DNA of 64,000 nucleotides, taken from IMG/VR virus record IMGVR_UViG_3300044712_001062, positions 1 through 64,000 of that record; one strand, 5' to 3'. The DNA is from a virus. The notes under the pieces were generated by a model that had not been told where the DNA came from, ran no database searches, and was given only the letters and a program-made list of their open reading frames with translations. Shown piece by piece: positions 51,641 to 62,698 of the stretch (position 1 is the stretch's first letter; every line of letters starts with the position of its first letter). Made by a program: the position numbers and the translations under genes.

Positions 51641-54600
51641 TAAAATTCTCCAAGTTTAATCAATTAATTACCAATTACAGGGAAATTCCTTGGTTACTAT
51701 ATTATCAATTTCGAGAATACTCATACCTTTTTGAAAATATGTTTCTCCAAGTTCATTACGTGATTTGTATATTTCATTGTTAAATAAACACTTTTGTTCA
51801 AATTGTATACGCTTCTCACATTTATAACAAAAATGAGCACCATTTTCAATCATTTCATTTCGTATACTTTCTTGTTTAGCAATTTCAATTTCATATTTAT
51901 CAGTCATAATCAACACCTATCAAGAACATCTACAACTACTCTGAATAATTATTAATGCTACAAAGAACGCAAACCAACTCATGAAGTAAATAACTATCCA
52001 TATATTTCCCCCAACAAAATCACTCCCATACACATCATCATATTTCCCTTCGTCGTAATGTGCAGTAGAATAAATCTCATCAGTTAACCCCTCCATATAA
52101 TCATCACGATCTCCCATCATTTACTCCAACAAACCCCTGCAATCTTCAATAACTTGCTGGATGTAACATACAAGGAATATCCCAACAATAATTGCAACTG
52201 CTGCAAGACAGATAATTAATGTTGCACTCATTGTGATCCCAATTAATTCGGCAATATATGCAAGCGCAAGACACATTCCAACAACTAATACTACAATTCC
52301 ACCACCAATTATAACAAGCCACAACAACATACTCGCAACAGCACCTGCATCTGCCAAAATTCGCATAACAATTAACGTGAATAATTTATTCATAATTCAC
52401 CTAAATATACTCCAGGTCTACAATTCATCAATTTATTATCAACAATATAATGATTGGCTTCGTCAAAGTTGTTAAATCCAGATTTAATTACTATATCAAC
52501 ACCACCATCGATAACAATGCCACGATTCAATTCATTAAACAGTGACGTTGTTGCATATATTACAATTTTTTCATTCATAATTCACCCAATACATAAATAA
52601 ATGGCAATAACATAATACAACCAACAATTAAAAGTAATATAACATTTTTATATCTTCTATGTTCATAATTTCTACTTTCAAATAATTCACAAAACGATCC
52701 CATAATACAAATTGTTCCTAAACACGATATTATAATGAATAACACAAGTATTATAAATCTAACTACACCAATTGTTAAAGTTTCAATTATCATTCATAAT
52801 TCACCTGTGATCATAGCACATATAATTAATATTACCATAACAATCATAAGGCTGTATGCACCAGCAAGTAGCCATTCCTTGTTTTCAGCAAATTTAATTA
52901 TCATTAAAATCATTGAACCAAATAACGACAACCCCATCCCAATAATACACAATCCCATTAACACTATTAAAATTTCAATAAACATTTAATCACCAATCAA
53001 CTCATTCCATATAAACAACACAGCACCAATCACCATAATCACATACAATGCCGTGAGTACCCACAAACGATCTTCGATTAATGAATGGAAGAAACAACCA
53101 ATTGTATATAAAAATATTATAAGTATTGGCATAGAAACCATTAATGCTATTAATAATGTAGATTTAATAAACATCTAATCACTTCATTTGTAATTTTTCA
53201 ACACTGAATTTCGCTTATTTTCACAACATTGGTGTTGTCGTTCGTAGTCTAATTTCTTTTGCTTTTCGGCATTGTCGATTTCTTGGACATGAGATAAATA
53301 CAATTTACTGATATTTAATTTGGCCATTTCATTTTTGAGATCTGTCATCCATGGCCCCTCAACATATTTATGAGAATATCCATCCGCATATATCTCTGGA
53401 TAACAAAATGACGAACTAAATGTTGAGAAATTTTCATCATATTCAAATTTATCATCTATAAGATATATACGAATTAATGTAAATTCATTCTTATTGAAAT
53501 ACTTACAATCACAACTATCTCTAAACCGTGTATAATCTATTAGGAATTTGTCGAAATATATTTCACAAAACGCTGATGATGGAGATCCATAGGCGCCGTA
53601 ATGAGAACTTATCTTCTTATAAGATCCCGTGGGATGTAAATGCAATAACATTTTGACTTTATCATCGAACTTTACAAAATTTGGAGATGGAGATAAAATT
53701 TTCTGTATGAAATTCAACATTAGAATACCTCTATGATTTTAAATTCGTAATGGATCTTCAATTTACATCCAGTCAATGAAGTCAGGGCCTTTAACCTGCA
53801 TCATTACATCGTCATTGCACGCTTTTGCAAACGACAGCCCATTCCAAAGTAGAAATAGACCAGTTTCAACATCCTGATTATGTTCAATCATATTGTAACC
53901 TATAATGGCTTCGTCTATGAACCGTCTAACTTCGTTCACTTTATATACTAACTGTCGATGTTCCATTTGAGGAAGATCACTTTCGTTAACTTCTATAATT
54001 CTACTCATTTTAATACCTCTATGATTTTAAATTTGTAAACTAATCACTGATCACCATTTATGACCGCATTGTCTACACTCATGATCGAAATACCGTTTCG
54101 TTAATATCTTATTCCTATTCTCAATATGAGTAACATCATAACTGCCACACATTGGGCAAGTTTCTACTCTATCATTCATCATTTTATACACCTCTATTAT
54201 TTACTACCAGTAACCTTCGTATAAAACACATGATAATTTGGCTAAATCCCAAGCACCCATGTGATATCTACACATTTGATCTTCAGCATAATAATATTCT
54301 TTAACTTGTCGAATTGAATAAACATTACATTTCGATCCATCGCAATGTATACATGAATCAGACATTGTTAAACACCATTTTCTGGATCATAACTTGAACA
54401 TCTATCAATGTTATCATAACATGCTAAAATTCCACGAATTCTTCCTTTAAGTTCACAAAATTGAACATCTTGTAATTTACCATCAGGATCTTCTCGTGTC
54501 CAATATTTAACAAATTCATATCCAGGATACTCAACATTTTTCAATTGACAACTTGGATAATTATCAGCATTATGATCTAAATGTTTACACTTTTGCAATT

Positions 54601-57363
54601 CAGACATTATGCACCTCTATCATTTTCATTCATTTTAACGAAGATCCTTAAACATTAAATATATAGTTCCGATAATTAAATAACCAATACAAAATACGTT
54701 AATTGATGTCATTATATAATCTGCAATTGTCATTATGAACCTCTGGGATTATCGAGGATATATGGTTCTCCAATTGGTGAATTTGACAAATCTCCTCTGG
54801 TTACTAATACTGGAATTTCATCACTAATGTTGTATAGTTTTACACTGGTGATACGCACTTGGGTATTATTTAACTTCATTGTATAGGTATAAAGTGATTT
54901 ATCTTTAGTTATGGATGTTACTGTTGCATTTTCAATTGATTCATGATTTGCAAATGAATCATACATTATAATTGTTGCCGTTGCTATTATCCACATTATA
55001 ATAATTATTATTAAAATAAATCCAATGTCCATAATTTTTTCGCTATTCATTTTTAAATTACCAATGATAGGGTTTTCTACATGGGGCTACGTAATATCCA
55101 ACTGGAAATAGTTCACCTTTCATGTAAATGTGTCCATGATATTTACATTTAACACAACTTGTTTCAAATTTCATTGCCTGTTTATCACTTTGAACACATG
55201 GTTCCCAATGCCCATCGGGACAATGAACACCAAGCGATCCATTACAAATTGGGCATTTCATAATTTAATTACCTTTGTTATTTAAGTTCTCATCTCTAAA
55301 ATTTATTCGTGATTCAAATCCTTTGCTTTTTCAAATGCATATCCTCTGGTCATTAGTTCATCAAGATCCACTTGATTTCTAATTTCCATTTCAAGATATA
55401 CAAGATTCCCTGCAATGTTAACCATATCATTCTTTTGCAAACTTTCTTGCATCTTAAATATACAACCTATGCAAAATTCCCGATGAGTGTATTTAATTTT
55501 ATTCATAATTTAATCAACCCAGAAAAAGTCAATTGTTCCATCTCTATTCCATTTATACCAATAATCTCTCTGACATTTAGAACAATATTCTACTCGTGGA
55601 CTATCATTTACATGATCAAAGAAATAATCATCATTGTATCCTGATAGATAAAATGCAGTAGATTTTTCACAATTGCATCTTATATCTTCGGACATAAGAT
55701 CTCTACCACCAATACATTTCCATTTAATTTTCATTTTATTCAACTACTTTAATATATTGACAACCAATTTTAGATTCTATTAATGCATCATAATCAGATT
55801 TATTTTTAACAAATACTGAAATTGGACCATATTCCAAATCTCTCATAAATTTCGATCCACCCATAGAAAAACACACCATCAATTTAACTTCGAATGAATC
55901 ATCCATGATTAAATTAACTTTTTAACTTCAACGATCATAGTCTCAAGAATTTGCACAATATGCTTTAGAACCATCGTGCGTTCTCCTCTCGTAAGCATTT
56001 CATTAGCAGCAAACGTCCGAATGGTCATCATAGATTGATGATGATCGTGATCGATTTGTCTTATAATTTCATCATAAATTGTCATTTAATTCACTTCCTT
56101 TGTAATATTTACAGTAGAACTTTGCTTGTGCCCAACTTTCAAAAGGGCAGTAAATTGGAACTCCCGGATTACTATAATAACATAGATTTCCTTCTGGAGT
56201 AGTATGTTTACATTGAAGACATTTGAGATTTAATTTCATCGTTTTATTCCATCGTCATTTTCAAGCATTTTCCACATATCATTAATATCCCTACGATCAA
56301 AGCATGGAGGTAATACTTTTTTCACACGACTACTTACTTGTGAACGACTATCAAATCCATTGTTTTTGACATTGCATGTATCTCCCCAACCTCCATCTCC
56401 ACCATCGTAAAAAACACACCCAAAACACTGTCCAAATTCTCGTTTATATGTTTCATTCATAATTTATTACCTCAATTCCACGCTATCAATACGAACATCA
56501 GAGCAAATAGCGTTAGTATTATTCCAAGTCCAGTTCCCATAGTTTGGTCGAGAATTGGCCCATTACTTGGATCACAAATCCATTGTCCTGTTTCAGTGAT
56601 GTGGCAATAATATCCACGATCACTGTACGCTGTGTAAATTGGGTTAGTAATATTCATATTAAATTTCTCCATGTTCAAAATTTAATTCAGGGATATGATC
56701 ACTTGAGTTTGTTGATTTCATAATTTTTACCTGGAATATTTTAGATTATTTTCATTAATTTCTTCAGGTGTTAGGAATTTGTAAGTATCAGTTATTACTT
56801 GATTTTCAATTTCCTCATGGACATATGGCATTACATAATATATTTTTATTAGAATTTCGATGATCAGTAAGATACTTGGCATGTATAGATAATACCAGGG
56901 GAAGTTTATCGTTCCATAGAATTGAGCAGATACAAATGCAAATTGACATATGATCAGCATATAAAATAATACAACTGATAATTTGTTTAATTTGCTATTT
57001 TTCAACTTCTCAATATTTTCACTTGACATTATTATCTCCACGTTTTTTATTTGTTAGATCGATAATGTCAAGGTGGATAACCTTATGACCATTACATAAG
57101 ATACAAATTTTATTTTGTCCTTGACATTTTGGACAAATTACCTTTGCCATATTATATTATATGGAGTTAAAAGAGATAAAGGTTGTGGTTGAGATTTGAA
57201 GGAAGAATAAGGTGGTGAATATCAAAATTTACTTTCAGTTTCGATGATCTCCTTTTGGCAAATTGGACAAGTATATTTTTTACCATTTTCAAATTGAGTT
57301 TCAATCATTTCAACATTACAAATCCCACATAGAATTTTAGTTTCCATTTTAAGTTCTCCAAGT

Positions 57364-58044
57364 TTAATATAAGCGCATTCCATAACACGCAAGAGAATAA
57401 TTACTACTGAATGACGATTTACCAATCACAACCAATTCGATTAAATTATAACCAGCGATTAATGAATTACTTAATGTGACTTCACGCTGTGCATTGGTAG
57501 ATGTTGAGGTATAATCATCATAACCTCCGGAATCCCTTACGCCATTAATATATAAATCATATACTGCACGAGTATTAAATTTATTATTGCTAAAGGATAG
57601 TTTAGTTTCGTTTCCTATTGCGTATATTCTAAATTGATAGCGATCATTGATGGCTGGACTATCCATTATAGTATCATATGATCCAATAGATACTACTTTA
57701 ATAGTGCTATTATTTATGATTTTATTTAATCTTGTTATTGTCCCGGTAACTGGAAGGCAATTATTAGATATATAAGTTCTAATTGCTTTTTCGCTTGGGA
57801 CTTTAAGATCGGTGTTGGTTGATAATGTTCCATCAGTATCCAAATAACTAATTGGCATTTGAGCATCATTAGTAACATTACCAAGCCCTACTTGCGATTT
57901 GGTAACATTATGGGGATTAGTGGTTACATTATCCATATGTCCGGTAGTTTCACTTACCATGTCATTCCAATCACTTGCATTTAAACGACCATTTATAGCA
58001 TCAGTTGGTGCGTTGTCAATTTTAGTAGTTTTCCAAGTCATCAT
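57364..58044 (-). CDS. tail-fibre-like virion protein
   Basis: NPHNVTKSQVGLGNVTND and KVPSEKAIRTY fibre motifs. Confidence 0.75.
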   Translation of the reverse strand: MMTWKTTKIDNAPTDAINGRLNASDWNDMVSETTGHMDNVTTNPHNVTKSQVGLGNVTNDAQMPISYLDTDGTLSTNTDLKVPSEKAIRTYISNNCLPVTGTITRLNKIINNSTIKVVSIGSYDTIMDSPAINDRYQFRIYAIGNETKLSFSNNKFNTRAVYDLYINGVRDSGGYDDYTSTSTNAQREVTLSNSLIAGYNLIELVVIGKSSFSSNYSLACYGMRLY

Positions 58045-58055
58045 ACACCACCTCG

Positions 58056-58358
58056 TTAAATGCCCTCAAACTCGGCATAAATTTTAACATTAATTGCTCT
58101 ACCTTTGTATATGGAGCCATCAGTCATTTCAGCGTATGATTGGATGATGTAAGTTCCTGCTTCATCCAGATCACCATCAACTGTATTATATTCGATTTGG
58201 CCATTAACTGCACTACCATAAATACTGGCAGTCCATTCTTGTTTGGCTAATGAAGGTTTTCTAACTAATATTTTAACAGTTTGATAATCAGTTAGATCAA
58301 TATTCATATTTAACTGAAAGGTAATTCCTATTGAATTTCGATATATGTAATATGCCAT
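58056..58358 (-). CDS. BppU-like Ig-fold virion protein
   Basis: IDLTD...I..RKPS...W......GQIEY.T..GDLDEAGTY.IQ. Confidence 0.7.
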   Translation of the reverse strand: MAYYIYRNSIGITFQLNMNIDLTDYQTVKILVRKPSLAKQEWTASIYGSAVNGQIEYNTVDGDLDEAGTYIIQSYAEMTDGSIYKGRAINVKIYAEFEGI

Positions 58359-58417
58359 TGGGGTTCTCCAAGTTTAGACTGGATTTTTACATTATAAAAA
58401 ATAGAGGTGATCAAAAA

Positions 58418-58630
58418 TTAGTAAAGGATCAAGTTGTCTACTTTAGAATTTAATGAAATTGTTTGGTCTACCTGGCTATCTAATGCCAAACTCTTATCGA
58501 TATATGAATCACGAATTACGTCAAATGCTCGATCAGCATGTGTCCATCCAAATGTTAATAGTCCATAAGTAGATTGACCAAAAACAGATGATGGGGTTGC
58601 AGTAACTATTTGTTCATTTTGTCCTGCCAT
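58418..58630 (-). CDS. hypothetical virion protein
   Basis: GGAG SD; FG...YG...FG motif. Confidence 0.55.
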   Translation of the reverse strand: MAGQNEQIVTATPSSVFGQSTYGLLTFGWTHADRAFDVIRDSYIDKSLALDSQVDQTISLNSKVDNLILY

Positions 58631-58644
58631 AATAATTCTCCATA

Positions 58645-59073
58645 TTATAAATTGGATGAGTTTCCCTCATCTATAATAATTCCTGAATCTCCACCATCCT
58701 CAATAACATCATTAGGTCCTTCAATTACAATTGGATGCGTTCGTTCTGGATAGATGTATAACCATTGAAGTTCTGAATTTGGAAAAGTTCGAGATAAATT
58801 TCCATTTGTTATAGTAAATTTCAATCTATACATTCCAGTATCCATAGTATCTAATATAGTAAATTTGATTAATCCTTCAGTTTGTTCGACAAATTCAACC
58901 TCACCATTTTCCACCAGGTATTTTTTAGTAAAATCGTTAAGAATGCTATATGTTACTTGATCAGTGTCTTTTATAGGATATGGTTCATAATTAACGATTG
59001 TTTTATTATACTGAATTAATTGATAATTTATATTTGGTCGATCTCCTTGTTGAACTCGAATCGTTTCTAACAT
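58645..59073 (-). CDS. BppU N-terminal-like protein, paralog of 1835-2182
   Basis: QQGD.P.I.YQ..GMYRLKF.I....TFP....QWLYI matches KKGD..L.YQ..GMYRMMF.V....TYP....QWLWI. Confidence 0.7.
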   Translation of the reverse strand: MLETIRVQQGDRPNINYQLIQYNKTIVNYEPYPIKDTDQVTYSILNDFTKKYLVENGEVEFVEQTEGLIKFTILDTMDTGMYRLKFTITNGNLSRTFPNSELQWLYIYPERTHPIVIEGPNDVIEDGGDSGIIIDEGNSSNL

Positions 59074-59122
59074 TTTTAAATTTTCCCTTTGTAATTTTTA
59101 AAAATATAATGGTGGTTTAGAA

Positions 59123-61981
59123 TTACCAGAATAGTAATTGTCTCCACATTGGAGTTCCTGCAGCGGCTCCTGTATGCTGGAGTATATATAAGTATTTGAG
59201 GCCATCAATAGTTTGGATGATATCCATTCTTGCACCAATCAATGCTGCACCCATACCATAAGTTACTTGTCCAGCACCTTCAATTGTGCCAGTGACAGTG
59301 TTTAATGCATAAATTCTCCCCGTTGCATTTACTTGGACAAATATTCTGTCTTTGCCATCGTAACACCACATAGTTCCGGTTGTGAATAATTCACTCTGTG
59401 GCATCATGGTGAATGTTAGATCGTAGAGTTCAGTGGTGATGTCATAGCGATCTATTACATTGCTGTTACCACCTCTTGGGATTAAGAAGTATCTGCCGGG
59501 ATTAGTGGTGGAATTTGAAAGCCACTGAATGGAAGTTCCTGCACCTCTTGCTGGTGGATCCATGATAGCGTATACTGAACTGTTGACTACTGGAATTGTA
59601 GTGAAGACACCTACGCACGTAATGGCAGTTGTTGTGTTGCCTGTGATGGCAATTTCTTGACCAGCACCGTCACCAGCGACGATTCGAAGACGTTTTCCTG
59701 CCCACATGTTAGTCTGCCACAATTTAGTAGAATCAGTTAATACTGCGTTGGTTGTGTTGGTAATTGCAGTAACGAGACCATAGGTGTCCATTATTTCGTA
59801 TTTAGTGGTTGCATCTGGGGTGAATCCTGCAGATGAATACGTTAGGGTTGTTGGTGTGTTACTGGTGATGGTAATTTCGTTTTTATCGAATCCGGTGCCA
59901 CTTACTACGCGGAATTTGTAACCAGCCCATTGATTCCCAATCCAGTTTTTAGTGGTGTCAATTAATGTTGTTAGTGATCCACCCGTTGCATATCCAGTTG
60001 CACTTAATGTTGGATTTTTGTATTGAACGGCGCGACCAAAGGGTTTGACATCGTGAATAATGTAGCGGGATGTTCCGTTCGTTGCCGCTGCTCCCATAAC
60101 TGGAGATACAGTGATTGTAGTAGCAGTATTTGCAGTGATTCGACGCAATGTTGCTGCTCCAGCCTGACCTGCTGCTGAAACTTGAATGATTTTACCAATG
60201 TGTTCGCCGGGAGTCCATGCTTGTGATGAATCAGCGATGATAGCGGTAGTTTGTGCTTGTGCTGCGGTGGCCGCTCCTGCTGCAGTAATGGCGAATTCAA
60301 GGGTTGTTAGTGATGGAACTCCTAATACTGTGTAAGTTCCTGCCCATAATGTGTCACCAGTAAATTTAACAGATTCACCAATTTTAATGGCATGACTCAT
60401 TGCAGTAGTGACAAGTCCAACTGTGCCAACTGTGGATATGGTTACGGCACCTGCAGATCCAGTTCCACCAGATGTTGCTGAAGTTCCTGCTGAATATCCA
60501 GAACCACATGCTACGAGTGCAAGTGATGAAATGGCTCCTGCAGTGGTAGTGCCAGTTACTATGACTTTGCCGTTTGTACCGGTGGTTGTTAATGTTAATA
60601 TATCACCAACAGAATAACCAGTTCCTGCGGTTTGTGGGGTTGCTGAAATTGCAGTGACACCAGTTACGTTTCGAGCACCAGAAGTAACACCGTATGCTTC
60701 CATTCCACCAGTTTGGACTGCCATCTGACGAGCAATACCAAAGCCGAATACTGAACCTTGTGTCCAATTGTCGGAATCTTCAAAGTGTTGGTAAATGGCT
60801 GGTGATGCATTTCCTACAAGATATTCAGCATCTCGATTTGCATAAATTTTGTAGACTGATGTGTTGTCAGGTGTAGTGTCGAATGCTCGATTAACAGTGA
60901 GAGTAGTTGGTGAATTGGCAATTATACGACGACCTTGACCGATTCCAGTTCCTGAAGAAATGAACACTTCAAAGTTACAGTATTGATCAACGGTCCATGT
61001 TTTGGTGGAATCTACGATAGTTCGTGCAGTTCCAGATGATGCAGTTCCGGTGTCGTAAATTCCTGCAATTTCACCAGTTCGTTCAATGGCAATGTCAGTT
61101 CCAAGGGCTGCTGTTAATAGACCACCTATGGCTGAACGGGTTGACCATGTATCAGATAAAATGTCGTAAACCTGATAGGTGTAGAATGGTGTTGCTGCTG
61201 CTGAACTCACTAATAGAATTGCACCGCTATGAATCTGGAACCATGAGAGTGAGTCGGGTGTTGGTGAATATGCGGTGTTAACAGTGATAATTTGAGATTC
61301 AATGGTGTAGTTGGTCTGTGTTCCTGCTGCTGATACTGGGAGTGCGTAAGGTGCGGTTGCTGAAAATCCAGTGTTTCCCTGTGCGAAATGTTGTTGCCAG
61401 TTTACATCGTAGAAGTAAAGGTTGGTGGCATCATTATAGAGGATTTTACGGTATTGGGTCTGACCAGTTCCATAGACAAGTTTGCACTGGTAACCTTTCC
61501 ACTGATTAAAGTTCCATTTTTTGACGTTGTCAGTAATGGAGGCTGCTGCAGCGGTAGTACAAACACCGTGATCTTTGATGATTGGTTCTGCAGATGATAG
61601 AATGGTTCGTTCTTGTCCCTGTCCAGTTCCACTCATAATTCGGATAGTTTCGCCATTTAATCGGTTGGCTTGAAGTCCCGGAATTTCGAGGGTTGTTGAA
61701 CTTGGTGCTGATAATACACGACCAACATAACGTCCATATGGTGAAAATTTCATTGCAACGGCAGTTAATGCTGCAGTTGGTGGTGATGCTAATTGAGTGA
61801 AGGTGTCAGTTACAGTATCGTATCTCCAGAAAGTTGCTCCTGATATAACGTAGAAGTATCGTTCTCCGGGAATTTCAACTGCTGACATTGCTGATAATGC
61901 TGGTGTTGCTGCTGGAAGAAATCTCATCCATTCAAAGACAGGCACATCAACTTGTGCTTTATTATTATTTGTTACGGGCAT
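59123..61981 (-). CDS. large Thr/Gly-rich receptor-binding/tail protein with internal repeats and Kelch-like ends
   Basis: about six D.(T/S)K.W..NQ..G....I.SG.G.GQ...I..N..T.L repeats; FWRYD..TD.F..LA Kelch-like blades. Confidence 0.75.
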   Translation of the reverse strand: MPVTNNNKAQVDVPVFEWMRFLPAATPALSAMSAVEIPGERYFYVISGATFWRYDTVTDTFTQLASPPTAALTAVAMKFSPYGRYVGRVLSAPSSTTLEIPGLQANRLNGETIRIMSGTGQGQERTILSSAEPIIKDHGVCTTAAAASITDNVKKWNFNQWKGYQCKLVYGTGQTQYRKILYNDATNLYFYDVNWQQHFAQGNTGFSATAPYALPVSAAGTQTNYTIESQIITVNTAYSPTPDSLSWFQIHSGAILLVSSAAATPFYTYQVYDILSDTWSTRSAIGGLLTAALGTDIAIERTGEIAGIYDTGTASSGTARTIVDSTKTWTVDQYCNFEVFISSGTGIGQGRRIIANSPTTLTVNRAFDTTPDNTSVYKIYANRDAEYLVGNASPAIYQHFEDSDNWTQGSVFGFGIARQMAVQTGGMEAYGVTSGARNVTGVTAISATPQTAGTGYSVGDILTLTTTGTNGKVIVTGTTTAGAISSLALVACGSGYSAGTSATSGGTGSAGAVTISTVGTVGLVTTAMSHAIKIGESVKFTGDTLWAGTYTVLGVPSLTTLEFAITAAGAATAAQAQTTAIIADSSQAWTPGEHIGKIIQVSAAGQAGAATLRRITANTATTITVSPVMGAAATNGTSRYIIHDVKPFGRAVQYKNPTLSATGYATGGSLTTLIDTTKNWIGNQWAGYKFRVVSGTGFDKNEITITSNTPTTLTYSSAGFTPDATTKYEIMDTYGLVTAITNTTNAVLTDSTKLWQTNMWAGKRLRIVAGDGAGQEIAITGNTTTAITCVGVFTTIPVVNSSVYAIMDPPARGAGTSIQWLSNSTTNPGRYFLIPRGGNSNVIDRYDITTELYDLTFTMMPQSELFTTGTMWCYDGKDRIFVQVNATGRIYALNTVTGTIEGAGQVTYGMGAALIGARMDIIQTIDGLKYLYILQHTGAAAGTPMWRQLLFW

Positions 61982-62152
61982 ATTATACTCCAATCGAATT
62001 TAACTGTGTAATGGTAATTTTGGTTTCATTGAATTCTGCTTCAAGGGATGCATATCGTTCAATGTTACCTTCATTCATTGCGACGATCATTGCCTGTTCA
62101 AGTGTGTTTAGTTTGTTTGTAGCAAACGTCTTTAAAACATCTATATTCATAT

Positions 62153-62695
62153 TTAACTCCATGATAAGTTACTGCGAAGAGTATTTCCATAAATCATTCG
62201 CATATTATCCATTAATTGTAGACGAGGATCAATACCACCAAATGTTGCGACGTTACCCACCGGCACTGCATTAGTTACAGTAGTTACAGTTCCCACAGTT
62301 GTAACAGTTCCGCTGGCAATTATCGCTGAATCACAAACGGTGCGTTGACGTTGTTGAACATCTTGAGTTGCCGATGGCTCTAAAAACTTGGTGATTTGTT
62401 TAAGTTGCCATAAGTTTTTCTCGAAAAAGTCAGCAATGTTGGTTGACATCGCAGCATCATCATAATAAATTTGTAGGATATCACTGTTATCCATTGATGA
62501 TGTATCATAATCCAACGTTAGAACATTGGCATTTACGGTTCCACCAGTTGATGGATCTGCGAAATTGTAAATGATGATATTGTCAGTTACATTCGTAATT
62601 AATAGAACACTTGCAAGTGAAATTGAAGTGTAATCATTAAAAGTGATTTGTCGTGTGGCTTTGTTGAATGTATAGTCAAAAATTAAAGTTTTCAT
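62153..62695 (-). CDS. virion structural protein
   Basis: YTFN...ITF..LLITNVTDNIIIYNFAD..LTL.YDT.SM...D.LQI.Y pattern typical of tail-associated proteins. Confidence 0.7.
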   Translation of the reverse strand: MKTLIFDYTFNKATRQITFNDYTSISLASVLLITNVTDNIIIYNFADPSTGGTVNANVLTLDYDTSSMDNSDILQIYYDDAAMSTNIADFFEKNLWQLKQITKFLEPSATQDVQQRQRTVCDSAIIASGTVTTVGTVTTVTNAVPVGNVATFGGIDPRLQLMDNMRMIYGNTLRSNLSWS

Positions 62696-62698
62696 TTC

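Larger units (their letters stand above)
37535..57349 (-). other. accessory region: dozens of densely packed small hypothetical ORFs, many Cys-rich or membrane-anchored
   Basis: co-oriented ORFs of about 40-180 aa with ATGA/TAATG coupling and repeated SD-containing leaders. Confidence 0.85.
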
